From Candidatus Micrarchaeota archaeon (lineage in GTDB: Archaea; B1Sed10-29; JAJRYS01), in the NCBI GenBank assembly GCA_964496415.1, contig CAZBZN010000014.1, forward strand, positions 1 to 17,189: a stretch of 17,189 nt of DNA, in the 5' to 3' direction. Under the pieces are notes generated by a model that saw nothing but the letters and a program-made list of their open reading frames with translations, ran no database searches and was not told the DNA's origin. The number at the start of each line of letters is the position of its first letter. Position 1 is the first letter of the stretch. The translations under genes and the position numbers were made by a program. Below are positions 13,913 to 17,189 of the stretch, in pieces.

Positions 13913-14528
13913 CGCCGAACAAAGGATAAGAAAAGCCCAGCATCAAAGCAGCTATGATTGGAGTTATGTCAGGCATTCCAAAATAATTTGTTAGGATAGT
14001 TGACGGAACACTCGCGTAAGGAATCATTAAAAGAGTAATAGCAAACAATTTCATCTTTTTTTCAAGTACTTTGTTTTGAATTACACTACTTAAGAGGATT
14101 ATTCTCACAGCAGATGCCGTCAAGGTGAAAATGATTAAAGCCATCCAAAGGTAGTCAAGGAAAGAATAAGTTATTTGATATCCATACTGGTAAGGAGTTA
14201 TTTTTTGATAAAGTACTCTTGGAATATTAAGGATTAAAGGGGAGGCTGCTGCGAGCACGTCAACTTTTTTAACATGAGTAAAAAAGCATACTGTCAAGTA
14301 AAAAAAGAAAGCAGCTAGTGAAATCATAGTCATTGAAAAAGCATAAAACATGTTAGCTGTTTCAATATTTGGAGAGTTTGCTACTAAAAAGTCAAAAAAA
14401 CACCACCCAGCTAAAGAGAGTATTGAATAACTAAAAAAGAGTTTTTGAGAGTTTATTTTTTTTATTTTATGAATGAATATGAAAATCCAAGCTATTGCGA
14501 TTAAGTGAAGGATTGTCCAAGTCTGCAA
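13905..14528 (-). CDS. Hypothetical polytopic membrane protein (about 6 TM), 207 aa, translationally coupled to ychF
   Basis: Hydrophobic helices run throughout. The stop (13905-13907) overlaps the ychF GTG start region by 8 nt. The start is TTG at 14526-14528, immediately after an in-frame stop. No family recognised. Confidence 0.45.
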   Translation of the reverse strand: MQTWTILHLIAIAWIFIFIHKIKKINSQKLFFSYSILSLAGWCFFDFLVANSPNIETANMFYAFSMTMISLAAFFFYLTVCFFTHVKKVDVLAAASPLILNIPRVLYQKITPYQYGYQITYSFLDYLWMALIIFTLTASAVRIILLSSVIQNKVLEKKMKLFAITLLMIPYASVPSTILTNYFGMPDITPIIAALMLGFSYPLFGGE

Positions 14529-14623
14529 GAGAGCTCACCTTTTTAAAACAATAAACACCTTAATGGTTTATAAACTTTGAATCACCAATTATTTTTCAAA
14601 CACTGCTTTTTAAGGGATGACTT

Positions 14624-15184
14624 ATGGGCAAGATGGTTTATCCAGGTGACTATATTGGAAGCAGTTTAGAGTTCATCCCAGGGTTTGGATTATACTCAAG
14701 AGATGATGACGTTTACTCTTCAAACATAGGAGAATTAATAATAGACAATAAGAGTCACGTTGCGAAATTAAGAGTGAAGACAAGAATACCGCGAATGGAA
14801 AACGCGGGAGTAATAGCTTTGGGTTTAGTCACTGATGTTTTTGAAAGCATTGCTTTTGTTGAGTTACTTCCTGTAAAGTCAAAGAGTTTTGCTTTCATCC
14901 CTCCAGGAGTTCCAGGAGTGCTTCCAATTTCAAACATCAAGAACAGTTTTGTTAAAGACTTGTCACAGGAAATAAAAGCAGGAGACCTTATAAAAACAAA
15001 GGTCCTTGGAATAAAAAGAGCATTAGCAACTCTTACTATAAAAGAAAAAAACCTTGGAGTGATTAAAGCAGCTTGCAGTAAATGCAGGCACCCGATGATA
15101 AGAATAAAAAACAAAGTAAAATGCTTGAACTGTGGTAATGTTGAGTCAAGAAAGCTGAGCATTGATTATGGTAAAGAATGGTGA
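14624..15184 (+). CDS. csl4: Exosome complex RNA-binding subunit Csl4 (N-terminal domain + S1 domain + C-terminal zinc ribbon)
   Basis: VYPGDYIG...FIPGFGLY..DD.VYSSNIGEL N-domain. The S1-like core VGDLIKTKVLGIK follows. The C-terminal CSKCRHPM...CLNCGN four-Cys ribbon is present. It is followed by rpoL, a conserved archaeal arrangement. Confidence 0.8.
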   Translation: MGKMVYPGDYIGSSLEFIPGFGLYSRDDDVYSSNIGELIIDNKSHVAKLRVKTRIPRMENAGVIALGLVTDVFESIAFVELLPVKSKSFAFIPPGVPGVLPISNIKNSFVKDLSQEIKAGDLIKTKVLGIKRALATLTIKEKNLGVIKAACSKCRHPMIRIKNKVKCLNCGNVESRKLSIDYGKEW

Positions 15185-15193
15185 GGTGGTATT

Positions 15194-15457
15194 TTGAAGT
15201 TTAAAAAAATAAAAGAAAAAGAAAACGAGTTAGAATTTGAACTAATAGGAGAAGACCATACTTTTTCTTGGCTGCTTTTAGAAGAACTGCTTTCAGACAA
15301 GAATGTTGAAATAGCACAATACAACATCCCGCACCCATTAACAGGACAACCAGTGTTCTACGTTAAAACTAAGAAAGGAAAACCAATAGAAGCAGTGAAA
15401 AAAGCAGCTAAACAATTAAGCAAAGAAATGCAGGAGTTATTAAAACAAATAAAGTGA
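15194..15457 (+). CDS. rpoL: DNA-directed RNA polymerase subunit L (Rpb11 homologue)
   Basis: ENELEFELIGEDHTFSWLLLEELL...VEIAQYNIPHPL...PVFYVKTKKG..PIEAVKKAAKQL matches the RpoL consensus (ELEL.GEDHTLGNLL...fA.Y...HPl...p.l.i.T). The start is TTG at 15194. Confidence 0.85.
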   Translation: MKFKKIKEKENELEFELIGEDHTFSWLLLEELLSDKNVEIAQYNIPHPLTGQPVFYVKTKKGKPIEAVKKAAKQLSKEMQELLKQIK

Positions 15458-15458
15458 T

Positions 15459-16010
15459 GTGATGAAAAAAGGAATAAAAACAATAGGTTTTGACGACGGG
15501 CCTTTTGTAAAAGGACAAGAAAAAACAGTGATAGTTGGAGTAATAATGCGTGGGAATGACTACGTTGAAGGAATAGTAAGAGATTGGATTACTGTGGATG
15601 GTTCTGATTCTGCTGAGAAGATAAAAACTCTAGTTAAAAATTCAAGGCATTATAACCAGCTAAAGGCAGTGTTTATTCATGGGTCTACGATGGGCGGTTT
15701 TAACCTTTTAGACTTTAGAGAACTTAAAAAAATAAGAAAGCCAGTAATTACGGTGTTAAGAAAAAAGCCAAGTGAAAAAGCAGTCAAAGCAGTTAAAAAG
15801 TACTTCAAAGAAAAAGAAAAAATTGTTCAGTCACAACCAGAGTTTTTTAAATACAAGCAGGCTTACTTTCAAGCAGTAAACGTTGAAAAACAAAAAGCAA
15901 TAGAATTAATAGAAAAAACAACAAAGATGGGAAACATTCCAGAGCCAGTGAGGCTGGCTCACTTGATAGCAACAGCTTATGTGAAAGGCGAAAGCAATGC
16001 ACGTGCGTGA
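15459..16010 (+). CDS. DUF99 / UPF0215-family archaeal protein (uncharacterised; predicted EndoV/RNase-H-like fold)
   Basis: IKTIGFDDGPF...KTVIVGVIMRGNDYVEGIVRDWITVDGSDSAEKI matches my recollection of the UPF0215 N-terminal signature (GvDDG.F....vlvGvl.rG...eGv....ITVDG.DaT). The start is GTG 15459 or ATG 15462. Confidence 0.6.
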   Translation: MMKKGIKTIGFDDGPFVKGQEKTVIVGVIMRGNDYVEGIVRDWITVDGSDSAEKIKTLVKNSRHYNQLKAVFIHGSTMGGFNLLDFRELKKIRKPVITVLRKKPSEKAVKAVKKYFKEKEKIVQSQPEFFKYKQAYFQAVNVEKQKAIELIEKTTKMGNIPEPVRLAHLIATAYVKGESNARA

Positions 16011-16686
16011 AACTCTCAAAGACTTTTTCTGGAAAAGGAAGAAAGAATACGATTGGAAAGATGAGATAAAAGACTGGATTACTTCATTCATCGTAGTAGC
16101 TGTTATTTACTTTTTAATCCTCCCAGCAATTTTAGGAGCTTCATCACCAATGGTTGTTGTTTCCTCTTGTTCTGAAAAAGGATTCCTCAACATAGGGGAC
16201 GTGATAATAGTAAAAGGAACAAGCATCAAAGACATAAAAGCGCCGGAAGTCCAAGCAAATTCACTTGAATTCACGCCTGTTTTTGACGGAAAAAAATTTA
16301 TAGGAGTAAACATAAGCGGGAAAATCATAACTCCAAACTCGTCAAATGACATAGTAGTATACTATGCTTTTCCGTCAAGAACCCAAATAATCCACAGGGC
16401 TCTGGCAAAAATAAAAGTAAAAGACAAGTACTTCCTCATAACTAAAGGAGACGCAAACCCAATCCCAGACCAAATAATGGTATACAACAACACGGCTTAC
16501 TCATGCATTACTGAAAACTACGGCTGCATTTCAACCCCTGTCACTCAAAAAATGCTTGTTGGAAAAAAAATAGGCCCAAGAATACCAATAGTAGGGCATG
16601 TCAAACTATTCTTCTGCGACATCATGCCTTTTTGCTATGGTCATAGTAACCCAGGAACAGGCTTCAAGTACAAGTTATCCTGCTAA
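15997..16686 (+). CDS. Signal peptidase I, archaeal/eukaryal Sec11 (S26B) type, with an atypical Ser box and a Cys/His-rich C-terminal extension
   Basis: N-terminal TM anchor FIVVAVIYFLILPAIL. Ser box VVVSSCSEKGFLNIGDVIIV (cf. SGSMEP..GD). His box IIHRALAKI. TKGDANPIPD (cf. the GDNN..D box). The C-terminal ~55 aa contain C-x7-C...H...C..C-x2-H...C. Confidence 0.72.
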   Translation: MHVRETLKDFFWKRKKEYDWKDEIKDWITSFIVVAVIYFLILPAILGASSPMVVVSSCSEKGFLNIGDVIIVKGTSIKDIKAPEVQANSLEFTPVFDGKKFIGVNISGKIITPNSSNDIVVYYAFPSRTQIIHRALAKIKVKDKYFLITKGDANPIPDQIMVYNNTAYSCITENYGCISTPVTQKMLVGKKIGPRIPIVGHVKLFFCDIMPFCYGHSNPGTGFKYKLSC

Positions 16687-16692
16687 CCATAA

Positions 16693-16703
16693 CTTTAAAT
16701 ATT
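16693..16703 (+). promoter_or_regulatory. TATA box (ctttaaatatt) 23-33 nt upstream of ATG 16726
   Basis: Spacing and composition only. Confidence 0.35.
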
Positions 16704-16725
16704 CGTTTTTCTTTTCTTTGCTTTG

Positions 16726-17189
16726 ATGAAGAACCAAACAGGCTTAGAGTACTTGATTTTAATAGCAGCAGTATTAGCAATAGCAGGGTTAGTGGTTTTT
16801 CTTGTTACTGGAAGCACTTCCACTAGTAAAAAAAGCGCTTTGTATTCGTCATGCCAGCAAGCAGCAGCACAATGCAGGCTAATGAAAGCAGCTAACCCAA
16901 ACGAAGAATGCGAGTTCTGTGTTGACCAATGCAGTGACCCTGTTAGCGGTGAGGAAATCTTCCCAGGCGCTATTAATTGCTGTAAGCTTGGTAATTCTTC
17001 CATGATTTACGAAGGCAGTCCAGGATGCAACGCCACCCAACCAGGACAAGCTGTTTGTGGTAATGGTGTTGTTGAAAGTGGTGAAGTGTGTGATAGTGAT
17101 TCAGTAGATTGCTCTACCCTCGGCAATTACGAGAGTGGTACTCTTGCACCTTGTTTGGATGACTGTAGCGGGTATGATACGAGTGTGTG
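16726..17189 (+). CDS. Partial (3'-truncated by the window) archaeal type-IV-pilin-like protein: a class III signal peptide followed by a Cys-rich extracellular domain
   Basis: My translation is MKNQTGLEYLILIAAVLAIAGLVVFLVTGSTSTSKKSALYSSCQQAAAQCRLMKAANPNEECEFCVDQCSDPVSGEEIFPGAINCCKLGNSSMIYEGSPGCNATQPGQAVCGNGVVESGEVCDSDSVDCSTLGNYESGTLAPCLDDCSGYDTSV... with no stop before the window end. The Q-x-x-x-E-Y plus hydrophobic-helix pattern is typical of archaeal prepilin (DUF361-like) N-termini. It has its own TATA box. At least 17 Cys in ~120 aa. Local GC is visibly higher than the window average. Confidence 0.55.
   Translation, partial: MKNQTGLEYLILIAAVLAIAGLVVFLVTGSTSTSKKSALYSSCQQAAAQCRLMKAANPNEECEFCVDQCSDPVSGEEIFPGAINCCKLGNSSMIYEGSPGCNATQPGQAVCGNGVVESGEVCDSDSVDCSTLGNYESGTLAPCLDDCSGYDTSV

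Noticed and set aside
14755-15162. Minus-strand 135-aa ORF inside csl4
   Set aside because: Antisense to Csl4, whose S1 domain and zinc ribbon are clear on the plus frame.
15906-16352. Minus-strand ORFs 15906..16091 and 16107..16352
   Set aside because: Antisense to the DUF99 and signal peptidase genes.
16695-17003. Minus-strand 102-aa ORF overlapping the pilin-like gene
   Set aside because: The plus frame has a textbook class III signal peptide, a correctly spaced TATA box and stays open for at least 154 codons to the window end. The minus ORF has no recognisable features.

Overview
This 17.2 kb window is AT-rich (roughly one-third GC by eye) and very gene-dense. It looks archaeal. The evidence is a Csl4-RpoL-DUF99 cluster, a membrane-inserted LonB protease, a Sec11-type signal peptidase I, a pilin-like gene with a class III signal peptide, and TATA-like boxes about 25 nt upstream of probably leaderless start codons. 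Intergenic spacers are tiny, several convergent gene pairs abut or overlap, and TTG/GTG starts are common, which suggests a small, streamlined genome (DPANN-like; this is an inference). Reading from 5' to 3': a GC-rich structured element at the edge; tRNA-Phe(GAA) on the minus strand; an orphan PIN-domain nuclease; a signal-peptide plus C-terminal-anchor surface protein (minus); an EF-Tu-domain-II-like small protein; RNase Z (minus); a translationally coupled RHH-TldD-TldE(PmbA) operon; a Lys/Thr-rich pentapeptide-repeat gene (minus) lying on a 15-bp tandem repeat; LonB; a DUF373-like membrane protein (minus) divergent from an SPFH/stomatin protein with a Lys-rich tail; a SpoIIM/DUF95-like membrane protein (minus); a coupled three-gene operon of uncharacterised proteins (a UBA-like plus coiled-coil plus TM protein, a coiled-coil protein, and a small acidic protein); a polytopic membrane protein coupled to a YchF/OLA1-type GTPase (minus); csl4-rpoL-DUF99; signal peptidase I; and a partial Cys-rich pilin-like gene running off the 3' end. 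I found no CRISPR array, transposase, integrase or rRNA. I do not see a known defence system. The best candidates for something new are the RHH-TldD-TldE module, the UBA-like/coiled-coil operon, the TTKKK-repeat protein and the Cys-rich pilin next to an atypical signal peptidase.
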